Under the pieces are notes generated by a model. It ran no database searches, was not told where the DNA came from, and worked only from the letters and a program-made list of their open reading frames with translations. DNA of 64,000 nt, from the NCBI GenBank assembly GCA_021773275.1, contig JAJFKJ010000018.1:46390-110389 (forward strand). The letters are read 5' to 3'. Position numbers and translations under genes: made by a program. This document shows positions 1 through 14,058 of the stretch, piece by piece (within the stretch, counting starts at the first letter, position 1; the number at the start of each line of letters is the position of its first letter). The stretch is from Gammaproteobacteria bacterium (lineage in GTDB: Bacteria; Pseudomonadota; Gammaproteobacteria; JABCZS01).

Positions 1-8
1 AACACACC

Positions 9-785
9 ATGAATAAAAAACTGCCAATTTGGGGAACTGTTGGCGAAGCTTTTGTGATGTTGTGGCAAAGGTTGCCCAAATTGCTTTTGGCCTGGGCCGC
101 ACCTGTTGTGGTTGCTATCGTGCTTGGGTTTTTTTCAGGGCGTTATAGTGGTCAAACGATACCCTTATCGTTAGTTTTGTTGGGTGCGATTTCCCCAATG
201 GTGGCGCTGGTATGGGCGTTTGTATCGGTAACACAAGTTGCATTGCATAATCGCGTGCCTGCAAGAGGCTTACCCTACTGGACGATGCGTGAAACTTGGT
301 TGATTATTCGTAGTTTTTTATTGTATTTGATTTGCCTTGTACCCATACTGCTAACGGTTCTTTTGATTATTGCAATAAACCTCATCATGCCAGGCATCTT
401 CGGTCTGATGCCACAAATCATTATTGGCGTTATGGGGTTCCTTGCTATTTATTTTGTAGCTGTGCGCCTGTTGTTGCTTATGACGGCAACCGCATCTGGT
501 GATACAACCTCATTTGGGCAAGTGTGGGAGATGACAAGAAATCATGCAATGTCTTTGCTTATCCTCTTGGCGCTCATGGGGGTGATATCCTGGTTTGTTT
601 TCTCGCCATTGGTTTTTCTAGCGCTTAATGCGACGGGGTCAGTTGAGGGGATGTCTATTCAGGAAGCTTATCAGCAAAGCGTGTTCTTCAAGTTTTTCCC
701 TTTTGTGGGCGGGATAATCATGATCCCTGTCCTGACGTTTAATTTTATTGTTCTGGCATTGGCCTACCGGCACCTCAAACAGTAG
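9..785 (+). CDS. multi-pass inner-membrane protein of unknown function (possibly YciC/UPF0259-like)
   Basis: 258-aa ORF made almost entirely of hydrophobic segments. It has no recognisable catalytic motif. It sits just upstream of atpI. Confidence 0.55.
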   Translation: MNKKLPIWGTVGEAFVMLWQRLPKLLLAWAAPVVVAIVLGFFSGRYSGQTIPLSLVLLGAISPMVALVWAFVSVTQVALHNRVPARGLPYWTMRETWLIIRSFLLYLICLVPILLTVLLIIAINLIMPGIFGLMPQIIIGVMGFLAIYFVAVRLLLLMTATASGDTTSFGQVWEMTRNHAMSLLILLALMGVISWFVFSPLVFLALNATGSVEGMSIQEAYQQSVFFKFFPFVGGIIMIPVLTFNFIVLALAYRHLKQ

Positions 786-819
786 ACAGCTTGGGGGCGA
801 TTCGGGTATACTGCGCCCG

Positions 820-1973
<1,154 letters not shown>

Positions 1974-1991
1974 CAGTTTTTTTAATATTGA

Positions 1992-2303
<312 letters not shown>

Positions 2304-2304
2304 T

Positions 2305-2775
2305 GTGGATATTAATGCAACACTATTTGGACAAGCGATAACTTTTGGTATTTTCATTTGGTTTACCATGAAGTTTGTTTGGCCACCTATTGTGCAAGCC
2401 ATGCAAGACCGTGAGCGTACCATTGCCGATGGTTTAGAAGCCGCAAAACAAGGCCAAAAACAACTTGAGCAAGCACAAGTAGAGGTGCATGCTGAGTTAT
2501 CGAAAGCCCGACATAAAGCGACTGAAATTGTCGAGATGGCGCAGAAACGTGGTGATGAAGTCATTAAAGAAGCGCAAGTAAAGGCTGTCGACGAAGGTCA
2601 GCGCTTATTGGCTGCAGCACAGGCACGGATGGAGCAAGAGATAGAGGCTGCACGGCAAACACTTCGGGCTGAAGTGGTCAGTATGGCTATGGCAAGTGCT
2701 GAGAAATTATTGCAAACATCTATGGATGATGCCAAACACCGAGAACTACTCGATAGAGTGGTTGGTGAATTGTAG
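2305..2775 (+). CDS. atpF: F0F1 ATP synthase subunit b
   Basis: GTG start, one N-terminal TM helix followed by a long charged coiled coil. Position between atpE and atpH. Confidence 0.9.
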   Translation: MDINATLFGQAITFGIFIWFTMKFVWPPIVQAMQDRERTIADGLEAAKQGQKQLEQAQVEVHAELSKARHKATEIVEMAQKRGDEVIKEAQVKAVDEGQRLLAAAQARMEQEIEAARQTLRAEVVSMAMASAEKLLQTSMDDAKHRELLDRVVGEL

Positions 2776-2786
2776 GAGAAAGTGGA

Positions 2787-3323
2787 ATGTCACAAGCTAT
2801 TACAATTGCAAGACCTTACGCGGTTGCTGCTTTTGAGTATGCGCTAGAACAAGATGCGCTATCAAAATGGGAAGAAGCGTTGGATTTGCTCGCGCAGGCG
2901 ATGAGCAACAAAGAAATTCAAGCGATATATCGTAACCCAGAGGTTGCGCGCCAGGATTTTATGGCGGTACTAGCGGATTTGTTAAAGCTAGAGAAAGACA
3001 CCCCTATTCACAACTTTGTGCGTTTGTTAATGACCAATAAGCGTTTATTGGTTGCTTCCGAAATCAGCGCTCGCTTTAAGGTGCTGAAGCATCAGGCGCA
3101 AGATGTGCTTGACGTGAATGTAACGACATCCGTTACCATGAGTGAAGATGAAAAAGCAAAACTAGGAAGCCGATTACAAAAAAAGTTAGGCTCAAAAATT
3201 GCACTGCATTGCCATACCCGGGACGATATATTGGGTGGCATGGTTGTGCAATACGGCGATAAGGTAATTGATGCCAGTTTAAAAACGCAAGTCGAAAGGC
3301 TTGCACATGATTTAATAGTATAA
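2787..3323 (+). CDS. atpH: F0F1 ATP synthase subunit delta
   Basis: 178 aa, N-terminus [12 protein letters not shown] typical of the OSCP/delta family. Operon position fits. Confidence 0.9.
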   Translation: MSQAITIARPYAVAAFEYALEQDALSKWEEALDLLAQAMSNKEIQAIYRNPEVARQDFMAVLADLLKLEKDTPIHNFVRLLMTNKRLLVASEISARFKVLKHQAQDVLDVNVTTSVTMSEDEKAKLGSRLQKKLGSKIALHCHTRDDILGGMVVQYGDKVIDASLKTQVERLAHDLIV

Positions 3324-3334
3324 ACCGAGGTGAA

Positions 3335-4882
3335 GTGATGAGTATGCAACTCAACGCTGCTGAAATAAGCGAAGTTATAAAACAGCGTATCCAAAATTTT
3401 GAAGTGGTATCGGAAGCACGTTCCGAAGGCCACATTATCAGCCTAATGGACGGTATTGCCCGTCTTGATGGCCTAGGTGATGTGATGCAGGGGGAGATGA
3501 TTGAGTTTCCGAACAACGTTTACGGGCTCGCATTAAACCTTGAGCGCGACACCGTGGGTGCAGTTGTTCTCGGTGCTTACGAGGGTTTTTCTGAGGGTGA
3601 CAAAGTGCGTTGTACAGGGCGCATTTTGGAAGTTCCTGTAGGCGAAGCTTTACTGGGCCGCGTGGTTAACGCTTTGGGTGAAGCCATTGATGGTAAGGGT
3701 GCGATTGATACAAAAATAACATCACCCGTTGAAAAAGTAGCACCCGGCGTAATTGAGCGTAAATCAGTATCACAAGCCGTGCAAACAGGTTTGAAATCAG
3801 TGGATGCAATGATTCCTATTGGCCGAGGCCAGCGTGAATTAATTATTGGTGACCGCCAAACAGGTAAAACAGCTGTTGCTATTGATGCCATCATTAACCA
3901 AAAAGGTACAGGCGTTAAATGTATCTACGTAGCCATTGGGCAAAAAGCTTCTTCTGTCGCACAAGTTGTGCGCAAACTTGAAGAGCATGGCGCGATGGAG
4001 CACACGATTATTGTTGCAGCAACAGCATCGGATCCTGCATCTTTGCAGTATATTGCACCTTATGCTGGTTGTGCGATGGGTGAGTACTTCCGCGATAAAG
4101 GCGAAGACGCACTTATTATTTACGATGATTTAACGAAGCAAGCCTGGGCTTACCGCCAAATTTCATTGTTACTACGTCGCCCTCCGGGTCGTGAAGCATA
4201 CCCTGGTGATGTATTTTACTTGCACTCGCGTTTACTAGAGCGTGCAGCACGTGTTAACGAAGCATATGTTGAGAAAGCAACCAACGGTAAAGTTAAAGGT
4301 AAAACAGGTTCACTGACGGCTTTGCCGATCATTGAAACGCAAGCAGGTGACGTATCTGCATTTGTACCCACTAACGTAATTTCAATTACCGATGGGCAAA
4401 TTTATCTTGAAACAGATTTATTTAATTCAGGCTTCCGCCCAGCGATTAATGCGGGCTTGTCAGTATCACGTGTAGGTGGTGCAGCACAAACCAAGATTAT
4501 TAAGAAGCTTGGTGGCGGTGTTCGTTTAGCATTAGCACAGTATCGCGAGCTAGAAGCCTTTGCGCAGTTTGCATCTGACCTTGATGATACAACACGTAAG
4601 CAGCTAGAGCGTGGCCAACGTGTCATGGAGATAATGAAACAAAAGCAATATTCACCACAATCTGTTGCACAGATGGCGGTTGTATTGTTTGCTGTTGACC
4701 GGGGTTACTTGGATAATGTTCCATTGACTGATGTTAGCCGTTTCGAAGAAGAATTATTAAGCACAATGCGTTCAGAACATGCTGATTTAATGCAGCAAGT
4801 CGATAAAAAAGGTGCTTGGGATGATGAAATCGAAGCTCAATTTAAATCAGCAATAGAAGACTTTAAAGCTAGTTTTGCATAA
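3335..4882 (+). CDS. atpA: F0F1 ATP synthase subunit alpha
   Basis: Walker A GDRQTGKT and an alpha-subunit signature throughout (515 aa). Confidence 0.97.
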   Translation: MMSMQLNAAEISEVIKQRIQNFEVVSEARSEGHIISLMDGIARLDGLGDVMQGEMIEFPNNVYGLALNLERDTVGAVVLGAYEGFSEGDKVRCTGRILEVPVGEALLGRVVNALGEAIDGKGAIDTKITSPVEKVAPGVIERKSVSQAVQTGLKSVDAMIPIGRGQRELIIGDRQTGKTAVAIDAIINQKGTGVKCIYVAIGQKASSVAQVVRKLEEHGAMEHTIIVAATASDPASLQYIAPYAGCAMGEYFRDKGEDALIIYDDLTKQAWAYRQISLLLRRPPGREAYPGDVFYLHSRLLERAARVNEAYVEKATNGKVKGKTGSLTALPIIETQAGDVSAFVPTNVISITDGQIYLETDLFNSGFRPAINAGLSVSRVGGAAQTKIIKKLGGGVRLALAQYRELEAFAQFASDLDDTTRKQLERGQRVMEIMKQKQYSPQSVAQMAVVLFAVDRGYLDNVPLTDVSRFEEELLSTMRSEHADLMQQVDKKGAWDDEIEAQFKSAIEDFKASFA

Positions 4883-4893
4883 GTAGGTGAGAG

Positions 4894-5751
4894 ATGTCGG
4901 GCGCAAAAGAGATCCGCACAAAAATTAAGAGCATCAAGAACACGCAGAAAATTACGCGCGCGATGGAGATGGTTGCAGCGAGTAAAATGCGCCGTGCGCA
5001 AGATCGCATGAGTGCATCAAAACCTTATGCGGAACGTATTCGTGATGTAATTGGCCACTTGGCGCATGCGCGTCCAGAGGTTGAAGTGCCATACATGCAA
5101 AAGCGTGAAGTTAAACGTGTTGGGCTGATTATTATCAGCAGTGATCGTGGTCTTTGTGGTGGCTTAAATAACAACTTATTTAAAACCACTGTAAATCGCA
5201 TGATGGATTTTAAAGAAAAAAACATCGATATCGATATGTGTGTGATCGGCACGAAAGCGCTAGGGTTTTTCAAACGTCTTGGCGGTAATATCAAAGCGCA
5301 TGCTAACCATCTTGGCGATACGCCTGAGCTCATGGATTTGATTGGCAGCATCAAGATCATGTTAAATGCCTTTTTGGAAGGTGAAATTGATGAGTTGCAT
5401 GTGATATACAACGAGTTTGTAAACACCATGACGCAAGAACCTAGGGTTGCACAACTTTTGCCTTTCCCCGAAACAGAAGTTGTGCAAAAAACACAGTGGG
5501 ATTATTTATACGAACCTGATCCAGAGGCCTTGTTGAATTTATTGTCACAACGGTTTATTGAGTCACAGGTTTATCAAGCAGTGGTGGAAAACATTGCTTG
5601 CGAGCAAGCTGCACGCATGGTGGCAATGCAAGCCGCATCTGATAATGCGGGCGATCTAATTGATGAGTTGCAGTTGATTTATAATAAGGCGCGGCAAGCG
5701 GCGATCACACAAGAGATCTCCGAAATTATTGCTGGTGCTGAGGCTGTATAG
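4894..5751 (+). CDS. atpG: F0F1 ATP synthase subunit gamma
   Basis: N-terminus [29 protein letters not shown] and C-terminus [13 protein letters not shown] are gamma hallmarks. Confidence 0.95.
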   Translation: MSGAKEIRTKIKSIKNTQKITRAMEMVAASKMRRAQDRMSASKPYAERIRDVIGHLAHARPEVEVPYMQKREVKRVGLIIISSDRGLCGGLNNNLFKTTVNRMMDFKEKNIDIDMCVIGTKALGFFKRLGGNIKAHANHLGDTPELMDLIGSIKIMLNAFLEGEIDELHVIYNEFVNTMTQEPRVAQLLPFPETEVVQKTQWDYLYEPDPEALLNLLSQRFIESQVYQAVVENIACEQAARMVAMQAASDNAGDLIDELQLIYNKARQAAITQEISEIIAGAEAV

Positions 5752-5760
5752 GTTTAAAAA

Positions 5761-5790
5761 TGTAGGGGTCGCACGTAGTACGACCCGCGC
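5761..5790 (+). repeat. REP-like palindromic element, copy 1 (TGTAGGGGTCGCA..TACGACCCGC)
   Basis: Imperfect hairpin in the atpG-atpD spacer. It shares a consensus with copies at 7213, 17729 and 63043. Confidence 0.7.
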
Positions 5791-5819
5791 GAGCGAAGCG
5801 AGCAATAATAGTTTAATAG

Positions 5820-7211
<1,392 letters not shown>

Positions 7212-7212
7212 C

Positions 7213-7240
7213 TGTAGGGGTCGCATTGTATGCGACCCGC
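7213..7240 (+). repeat. REP-like palindromic element, copy 2
   Basis: tgtaGGGTCGCAttgtaTGCGACCCgc, a perfect 8-bp stem immediately after the atpD stop. Confidence 0.75.
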
Positions 7241-7273
7241 CGCTGTGAAACAGTGGGAGCAAAGAGGTAAAGC

Positions 7274-7708
7274 ATGAAACTAAAAGTAGCAATCGTTAGC
7301 GCAGAAAAAGAGCTTTATATTGGTGAAGCCGAAATGCTTATTGCGACGGCTGAGTTTGGTGAAATTGGTATTTTGCCTGGCCACACGCCATTGCTTGCAC
7401 AATTAAAGCCTGGCCAAGTACGTGTTATTCTCGACACCCACAAAGATGCCATCGGCAACGATAAAGAAGAAGTGTTTTATATTTCTGGCGGCAGTATTGA
7501 AGTGCAGCCTAATGCCGTGACTGTGCTTGCTGATACAGCTGAGCGCGCCAGCGACCTTGATGAGGCCGCAGCCCAAGAAGCGATGCGCGCTGCAGAAAAA
7601 ACCCTCAGCGAACAGCATGAAGATTTCGATTATGCGAAAGCACGCATCGAATTGGCCCACGCCGCTGCACAGCTGCAAGCCATTCAAAAGCTACGCGAGC
7701 GCGGCTAA
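7274..7708 (+). CDS. atpC: F0F1 ATP synthase subunit epsilon
   Basis: 144 aa. The beta-sandwich N-terminus (VSAEKELY..GILPGHTPLL) plus a helical C-terminus mark it as the last gene of the atp operon. Confidence 0.93.
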   Translation: MKLKVAIVSAEKELYIGEAEMLIATAEFGEIGILPGHTPLLAQLKPGQVRVILDTHKDAIGNDKEEVFYISGGSIEVQPNAVTVLADTAERASDLDEAAAQEAMRAAEKTLSEQHEDFDYAKARIELAHAAAQLQAIQKLRERG

Positions 7709-8401
7709 ATGCAACCACGGCTACTGTGGTTTCTAATACTTTCCTACGTGATGGTCATTATTTTTTCGAACTGGTTCGACTTGCGTTTAATTCATTTATT
7801 TGGTTTAACCACAGATGTAGGGACACTGATATTCCCGCTAACCTTTATTTTTGCCGATCTAATCACCGAAGTTTATGGCTATAAAAAAGCACGTTTAGCC
7901 ATTTGGTGTGGCTTCTTATTCAATTTTATTTTCGTGGCGTTTGGTTTGCTGGTAACCATGCTACCAAGCCCTGATTTTGCCGTGCATAATGATATGTTTG
8001 ATGAGTTGATGGTTTTTAATACACGTATTGTACTGGCTGGCATGGTCAGCTATATTATTGCAGAGCCCATAAACTCCATGATGGTCGCGAAGTTGAAAGT
8101 AAAAATGCAAGGTAAACACATGGGGGTTAGGTTTGTGCTATCGACCTTTGTTGCCTCAGGAATAGATAGCTTCATTTTTGCGACGATTGCTTTTTACCAC
8201 ATTATGCCAGCGGACAAATTTATACTGTTTGCGTTCACCATGTGGTTCATCAAGGTCGCGATAGAAATACTGGGCCTGCCGATTGCTATCAAAGCCGCTA
8301 AAAAGTTAAAAGATTACGAAAATATTGATGTATACGATACAGATACACAATACGGAATTTTCAGCCTTGATGCGGATTATCAGCGCTCAACACATAAATA
8401 G
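7709..8401 (+). CDS. yhhQ: VUT/YhhQ-family membrane protein (queuosine precursor transporter family)
   Basis: Contains the FPLTFIFADLITEVYGYKKAR motif and the hydrophobic layout typical of DUF165/YhhQ proteins. Its start abuts the atpC stop. Confidence 0.72.
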   Translation: MQPRLLWFLILSYVMVIIFSNWFDLRLIHLFGLTTDVGTLIFPLTFIFADLITEVYGYKKARLAIWCGFLFNFIFVAFGLLVTMLPSPDFAVHNDMFDELMVFNTRIVLAGMVSYIIAEPINSMMVAKLKVKMQGKHMGVRFVLSTFVASGIDSFIFATIAFYHIMPADKFILFAFTMWFIKVAIEILGLPIAIKAAKKLKDYENIDVYDTDTQYGIFSLDADYQRSTHK

Positions 8402-8591
8402 TATGTGGAGTCGTTTCCCATTCCGACTTCCATGCTAGGCCATCGTCTGGATGGCCTCGTGGCAAGCTATCTCTTCACAGTGCCATAAGTAGGCTCAAAA
8501 AATCCTGGAGTAGCTCCTTTCACTCTGTTATATTAATTATTAGAGATGCAACTCAAGAACCACGAAATTTTTTTGGGAGTGTTATATCGCC

Positions 8592-9569
8592 ATGTTAGCT
8601 GCTTACCAACGTTCTAAAGGCCGGGAAGAGAACCAAAAATATGGCAACATCATTGAATTAATAAGCCACTTAGCAGCTACCTACCTGGCGGACCCTGCTA
8701 ACACTACATTATTAGTGTCTGGTCCTTTTGGGGGATATGGAAGGTTCGCTAAATTTGATAATTCAAATACAAAGCCCTTACAGCTCAAATTACTCACAAG
8801 TAGCGACGCAGGTTATCCAGGTTCAATGGGCAAAAATTGGCTAGAATATGTGACATGGGCCAAACATTTAGATGCAATTGACAGTTTAGAAACTGATCAT
8901 TCTGTGTGTGGTGCTGATAGCCCGGGTTTTAAAAAAGTTGCAGATGTTGCCTCGATAGATGTTTTTTATTTTTTAAAGGCGGAAATTCAAGATGCCGTCG
9001 AGTTGTTAGATGAGCAGGGCCTGAGCAAACAACAAGAAAAAAAATATGAAAAACTCCGAAAAATCGCACAAAAAGTGAGAGCTTCTGGAATATTAAAACA
9101 AGCATTAGCAACTTCAATTGCTGAATGTTGGGGATGGATGCCTAAAAAAGTTGTTACAACATATGCTTCAATAGGTGAAATACCATCAATAATTGACGAT
9201 TTGATGGAAAGTTTAAAAAAAGAGGTGACGCTGCCTCACCTGGAAACAGAGCAGAGGCGTGCAGCAGATTCTTTATTTTTTGTAGCCGTCTGTGAACACT
9301 TTAGGAATCCTGGCGCAGTTAAGTATATGCGGAGTTGCTTAGACATGCTGAAAGAAAAAGAATTGACCTTTCAAGATGTCTTTGGGGAAAACGCTAGTTG
9401 CACCTTGGCATTAACGGGGGGGACCGCTAGGGCTAGAGATGTCTTTAAGGGAGAAATAGTTCTGCCTGCATCATCTGAAAAGGAATCCTATGATTATCTT
9501 TCTGAGGACAGTGATTCCGACCCCGACTCTGCTATACCTACACTCAAGCAAAAAAAGTATAAAAAGTGA
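8592..9569 (+). CDS. hypothetical protein (orphan; acidic Ser/Asp-rich C-terminal region ending in KQKKYKK)
   Basis: 325-aa ORF in an AT-rich spacer between conserved genes. I recognise no family motif. Confidence 0.55.
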   Translation: MLAAYQRSKGREENQKYGNIIELISHLAATYLADPANTTLLVSGPFGGYGRFAKFDNSNTKPLQLKLLTSSDAGYPGSMGKNWLEYVTWAKHLDAIDSLETDHSVCGADSPGFKKVADVASIDVFYFLKAEIQDAVELLDEQGLSKQQEKKYEKLRKIAQKVRASGILKQALATSIAECWGWMPKKVVTTYASIGEIPSIIDDLMESLKKEVTLPHLETEQRRAADSLFFVAVCEHFRNPGAVKYMRSCLDMLKEKELTFQDVFGENASCTLALTGGTARARDVFKGEIVLPASSEKESYDYLSEDSDSDPDSAIPTLKQKKYKK

Positions 9570-9676
9570 AAAAGGTAAATAGTTTCGCCAAACAATTGAC
9601 TCACATTTAAAAACTGGAATGGACAGAGCATTCAAACTATCTTTATAATTACCATAACTATAATTGGGCTTTGATT

Positions 9677-10828
9677 ATGTCAGTTGAAAAAATGTATCGT
9701 ATTCTCCCTGCTTTTATCGCAATTTTTTCATTACTTGCATGCGGTGGCGATGCCCATACGCAGTTACCCCCTAAGGTTACCGTTGAGCAAGTCAAGCGCC
9801 AGGACGTAAAAGAGAGCAAAACATATATTGCGACTATTGAGTCCATCAGCACTATTGATTTGGTGCCACGCGTAGAAGGCTATTTAATCGAGCAACATTT
9901 TAACGGTGGTGATGATGTAGAGGCCGGGCAGTTGCTGTTTAAAATTCAGCAAGAAGAATATATTGCAAACTTAAAACAAGCACAAGCCGATCTTTACAGC
10001 GCACAAGCCACCCTAACAAATAACACGCACATGTTGAAGCGTATAAAAGACCTAGCAGAAAAAGACTTTGCTTCGCAGTCTGATGAAGACAGAGCAGAGG
10101 CAGATTATGAAACAGCCTTGGGTGGTGTTGAGGCTGCGCAGGCTAACCTCATTAACGCCGAATTAAATCTTTCTTATACAGAAATTATATCACCGATAAA
10201 TGGACGCATTGGTTACCCAAAAGTATACGTTGGTGATTTGCTTGCGCCAAGGACAGGCGTTATTACAACGGTTGTGCAGCTTAACCCGATTCGTGCCGTT
10301 TTCGCTATGAGCGAAAGTGATTTACTTAATTTAAAACTCAATAATATCAATGATTCGCAGCAGGCGATTAATGAATCGTTTACGCCCACTATTCAATTCC
10401 AAAATGGAAACTCATATCCGATGGAAGGCGTGATTGAGTCAATGGATAATGTCATCAATGCAGGAACAGGCAGCATTACGGTAAGGGCATTGTTTGAAAA
10501 CCATAACGCGATATTATTACCCGGGCAGTTTGTAAATATAATTTTGCGCAAAGGTGAGCCGCGCATGGCCTTAACGGTTCCGGCTTCCGCTGTTCTGTAC
10601 GATAAGCAGGGGTACTTTGTGTTAATTGTCAACGGAGAAAATACCGTTGAGGCAAAATACATTGAAGAAGGCGTCAAAAACAATAAGTTTGTAGAGGCAA
10701 TTTCTGGTTTAAAAGAAAGTGATCGCATCATTACGGTAGGTTTGCAAAAAGTGCAGCCAGGCATGGTAGTAGATCCAGGTGCGGCATCTGAACAGCAAAG
10801 CGAAAAAAACGAGAAAAAACGTGAGTAA
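9677..10828 (+). CDS. efflux RND transporter periplasmic adaptor (membrane fusion protein), lipoprotein
   Basis: Lipobox FSLLAC|GG. HlyD/AcrA-like features follow: a coiled-coil hairpin with QAQADL..AQANL, and [15 protein letters not shown]. The start could be 9671, 9677 or 9692. Confidence 0.85.
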   Translation: MSVEKMYRILPAFIAIFSLLACGGDAHTQLPPKVTVEQVKRQDVKESKTYIATIESISTIDLVPRVEGYLIEQHFNGGDDVEAGQLLFKIQQEEYIANLKQAQADLYSAQATLTNNTHMLKRIKDLAEKDFASQSDEDRAEADYETALGGVEAAQANLINAELNLSYTEIISPINGRIGYPKVYVGDLLAPRTGVITTVVQLNPIRAVFAMSESDLLNLKLNNINDSQQAINESFTPTIQFQNGNSYPMEGVIESMDNVINAGTGSITVRALFENHNAILLPGQFVNIILRKGEPRMALTVPASAVLYDKQGYFVLIVNGENTVEAKYIEEGVKNNKFVEAISGLKESDRIITVGLQKVQPGMVVDPGAASEQQSEKNEKKRE

Positions 10829-13800
10829 AAACGACGCGCAGAAAAAAAAGCCTTTTTCTGAGATATTTATTAGACGGCCGCGTTTTGCCATCGTTATTTC
10901 TACGGTATTTTTATTAGCGGGGTTTATCGCTCTTCAAGTTATCCCGGTTTCACAGTTTCCTAATATAACACCACCGCAGGTAAACGTTACCGCAAGCTAT
11001 CCTGGGTCTTCTGCTGAAGTGGTTGAAGCTACTGTTGCTATCCCTATCGAAGAACAGGTCAATGGTGTTGAAAATATGCTGTACATGTCATCAACCAGTG
11101 ATAACAGTGGTGACTATAGCTTAACTGTAACTTTTGAAATAGGCACAGATCCTGATATCGCATCTGTTAACGTGCAGAACCGAGTTGCACTAGCAGAACC
11201 TGTATTACCTGACGAAGTAAAGCGCACGGGTATTAGTGTTAAGAAGCAGTCGTCATCATTTTTAATGGTTATTGGTGTAATATCACCCAACAGCACTTAT
11301 GACCCTTTATATTTAAGCAATTATGCAAGCATTAATGTGGTCGATGCGCTTGCGCGTGTTCCTGGCGTTGGTAATGCAGCTTTGTTTGGTGCACTTAATT
11401 ATGCTATGCGTATTTGGTTAGACCCTGATCGCATGAGTAATATGCAGGTTACGACCGATGACGTTACGAAGTCATTACGCAGTCAAAATATACAAGCATC
11501 TATCGGGCAAATAGGATCGCCTCCAACGATAGATGACCCTGCACATCAATTTAACTTACACGCACGTGGTCGTCTTAAAAGCATTGAGGAATTCGAAAAC
11601 GTCATTGTTAAGGTAGGCGCTAACGATAGCTTGGTTCGCATAAAAGACATTGCAGATGTGGAGCTTGGTGCACAAAGCTATGCCTCATATAGTGAGCTTA
11701 ACAGCGTGCCTGCAGCTAATGTCGCTATTTACCTGTTGCCAGGGGCAAACGCAATGCAAGTTGCGGAAGATATTATCAAAGAAATGAAGAGCATTGGAGA
11801 AAGTTTCCCTGATGACATGATCTATGAAATACCCTATGACACGACATTGTTTGTAAAAGAAACCATGCAAGAAGTAATGATGACTTTGTTGTTCACCTTT
11901 GCTTTGGTGGTGATAGTAACGTTTGCGTTTTTAGGGGATTGGCGTGCAACGCTTATTCCAACCTTAGCTATTCCCGTGTCCTTAATAGGAACTTTTGCTT
12001 TTCTGATAGCCTTGGGCTTTACCATGAACACAATCACCATGTTTGCTTTAATTTTGGCAATTGGTTTGGTGGTGGATGATGCCATTATTGTTGTGGAAAA
12101 TGTGTCTCGCTTATTGCGCGATGGGGAATATACGCCGGTTGAGGCGGCTATTGAATCGATGCGAGAAATTACAGCACCCATTGTTTCAACAACGTTAGTA
12201 ATTTTGGCGGTATTTGTGCCGGTGGCATTTTTGCCAGGTATTGAAGGAAAAATGTACCAACAGTTTGCGGTGACTATTTCCGCTTCTGTGATCATTTCAT
12301 CTATTGTGGCGTTAACGCTAAGCCCTGCAATGTGTGCGCTTATTCTAAAAAAAGACTACGAAATGCCAAAGTTTCTCGACAGATTTCAAGCATTGCTTTA
12401 TAGGGCGCGTGATTTTTATGTGGAAAAAGTAAAAGTATTGCTAAACCATAAAAAATGGGTGGCCTTATCTATTGTTGGCGTTTATGTTGCATTTAAAGTT
12501 ATCTACGGCATCGTGCCTACAGGGTTCTTGCCAACCGAAGACCGTGGCGTGATCTTTGTGAGTGCGCAACTTCCCAATGCAGCAACTATCGACCGTACAG
12601 CAAGAACCATGACAGACATTCAGAAAATCATCACCGCCACCCCTGGGGTGAAAGATATTTTTAATGTAAATGGTTTTAATATTATTAATGGTGCGACCGA
12701 GTCTAACGCAGGCTTATTAGTGGCCGTGCTGGAGGAGTACAAAGATCGCCCGAAAGAAGCAAAACATTTTTTCAAGCTCTTAAGAGATTTGCAAATGCAG
12801 TTGGCGGCTTTATCTTCTGCAAATATTAACGCGTTTTCCCTGCCGGCTATTGAAGGTGTAGGTACAACAAGCGGATTTGATTACTGGCTGCAAGACACTA
12901 AGGGCCAGACGTCACAAGAATTAGCGGCTGCTACCAATGCAATGATTGTTTCAGCAAATCAAGAAAAAGAGTTGCAAGCGGTATTTAGTACTTTCGATGC
13001 AAATATATTACAGTATTTCGTGGATATAGATGTAGATAAAGCAGAAAACATGGGTGTCTCGCTTAACGATATTTACACGACCATGCAGGCGCAATTAGGC
13101 TCATTTTATGTCAATGATTTCAATTATATTGGCCGTGTGTTTCAGGTTATTATCCAGGCGGATAAAAAATTCAGAATGGATTTAAGCGATATTCCTCGGC
13201 TTTATGTGCGTAACAAAAAAGAAGAGATGGTGCCCTTGGGCACACTGATCAATATCGAGCCAATACAAGCACCGCAATTGATAACCCGATATAATCTGTT
13301 TCGTGCCGCGCAAATCAATGGTGGCGCAGCACCAGGGTACAGCTCAGGTGATGCAATTAAAACTATGCAAACGCTTTCCCAAGAAAAAATGCCGGAAGGT
13401 TTTAATTATGCATGGTCATCTTTGTCGTATCAAGAGGTGCAGCAGGAAGGCAATATTGGGATTATTTTCTTACTGGCACTTATTTTTGCTTATTTGTTTC
13501 TAGTTGCAAACTATGAGAGTTTTGGCCTGCCAATAGCTGTATTGGTTTCTATAGCTTTTGCATTATTGGGTGCAGCCATTGCAATCTGGATAGGACCCAC
13601 TAACAACAATATCTATGCACAGATTGGCCTGATCTTGTTGATTGCTTTAGCCAGTAAAAATGCTATTTTGATTGTGGAATTTGCTGCCGATGCACGTAAA
13701 GAAGGCGCTAGCATTTTTGATGCAGCAGTTAAAGCAGCTCATCTGCGTTTTAGAGCAGTGATGATGACGGCCTTTGCCTTCATTATTGGGGTGTTGCCGC

Positions 13801-13967
13801 TGGTATTTGCTTCAGGCGCTAGCTCGATCAGCCGCCAGTCAATAGGTATCACGGTGTTTGGCGGCATGCTGATGGCAACCTGTATAGGTATTCTGGTCAT
13901 TCCGGTGCTTTTCGCCATTGTAGAAATCATTCGTGAAAAATTCGATGCATGGCGCCATAGAGAGTAA
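10821..13967 (+). CDS. efflux RND transporter permease (AcrB/HAE1-like)
   Basis: N-terminus [14 protein letters not shown], about 1048 aa, 12-TM RND layout with [12 protein letters not shown] moved the start to the GTG at 10821, which overlaps the adaptor stop by 8 nt. The ORF-track ATG at 10779 lies deep inside the adaptor gene. Confidence 0.92.
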   Translation: MSKNDAQKKKPFSEIFIRRPRFAIVISTVFLLAGFIALQVIPVSQFPNITPPQVNVTASYPGSSAEVVEATVAIPIEEQVNGVENMLYMSSTSDNSGDYSLTVTFEIGTDPDIASVNVQNRVALAEPVLPDEVKRTGISVKKQSSSFLMVIGVISPNSTYDPLYLSNYASINVVDALARVPGVGNAALFGALNYAMRIWLDPDRMSNMQVTTDDVTKSLRSQNIQASIGQIGSPPTIDDPAHQFNLHARGRLKSIEEFENVIVKVGANDSLVRIKDIADVELGAQSYASYSELNSVPAANVAIYLLPGANAMQVAEDIIKEMKSIGESFPDDMIYEIPYDTTLFVKETMQEVMMTLLFTFALVVIVTFAFLGDWRATLIPTLAIPVSLIGTFAFLIALGFTMNTITMFALILAIGLVVDDAIIVVENVSRLLRDGEYTPVEAAIESMREITAPIVSTTLVILAVFVPVAFLPGIEGKMYQQFAVTISASVIISSIVALTLSPAMCALILKKDYEMPKFLDRFQALLYRARDFYVEKVKVLLNHKKWVALSIVGVYVAFKVIYGIVPTGFLPTEDRGVIFVSAQLPNAATIDRTARTMTDIQKIITATPGVKDIFNVNGFNIINGATESNAGLLVAVLEEYKDRPKEAKHFFKLLRDLQMQLAALSSANINAFSLPAIEGVGTTSGFDYWLQDTKGQTSQELAAATNAMIVSANQEKELQAVFSTFDANILQYFVDIDVDKAENMGVSLNDIYTTMQAQLGSFYVNDFNYIGRVFQVIIQADKKFRMDLSDIPRLYVRNKKEEMVPLGTLINIEPIQAPQLITRYNLFRAAQINGGAAPGYSSGDAIKTMQTLSQEKMPEGFNYAWSSLSYQEVQQEGNIGIIFLLALIFAYLFLVANYESFGLPIAVLVSIAFALLGAAIAIWIGPTNNNIYAQIGLILLIALASKNAILIVEFAADARKEGASIFDAAVKAAHLRFRAVMMTAFAFIIGVLPLVFASGASSISRQSIGITVFGGMLMATCIGILVIPVLFAIVEIIREKFDAWRHRE

Positions 13968-14058
13968 GCTAACCACCAAATATTGGTAACAAAACATTAT
14001 GTTGCCTATCCTAATATGTTAAAATAGCCACTTTTAGAACAGCGAATAGGGATACCCC

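Noticed and set aside
10779-10820. Upstream ATG start for the RND permease
   Set aside because: It would overlap the adaptor gene by 50 nt and add a Lys-rich non-homologous N-terminus. The GTG at 10821 gives the canonical ..[14 protein letters not shown] start region and an 8-nt overlap.
9671-13967. RND adaptor-pump pair lacking an outer-membrane factor gene, considered as an anomaly
   Set aside because: Many RND systems recruit a TolC-type channel encoded elsewhere, so the absence within the window is not informative.
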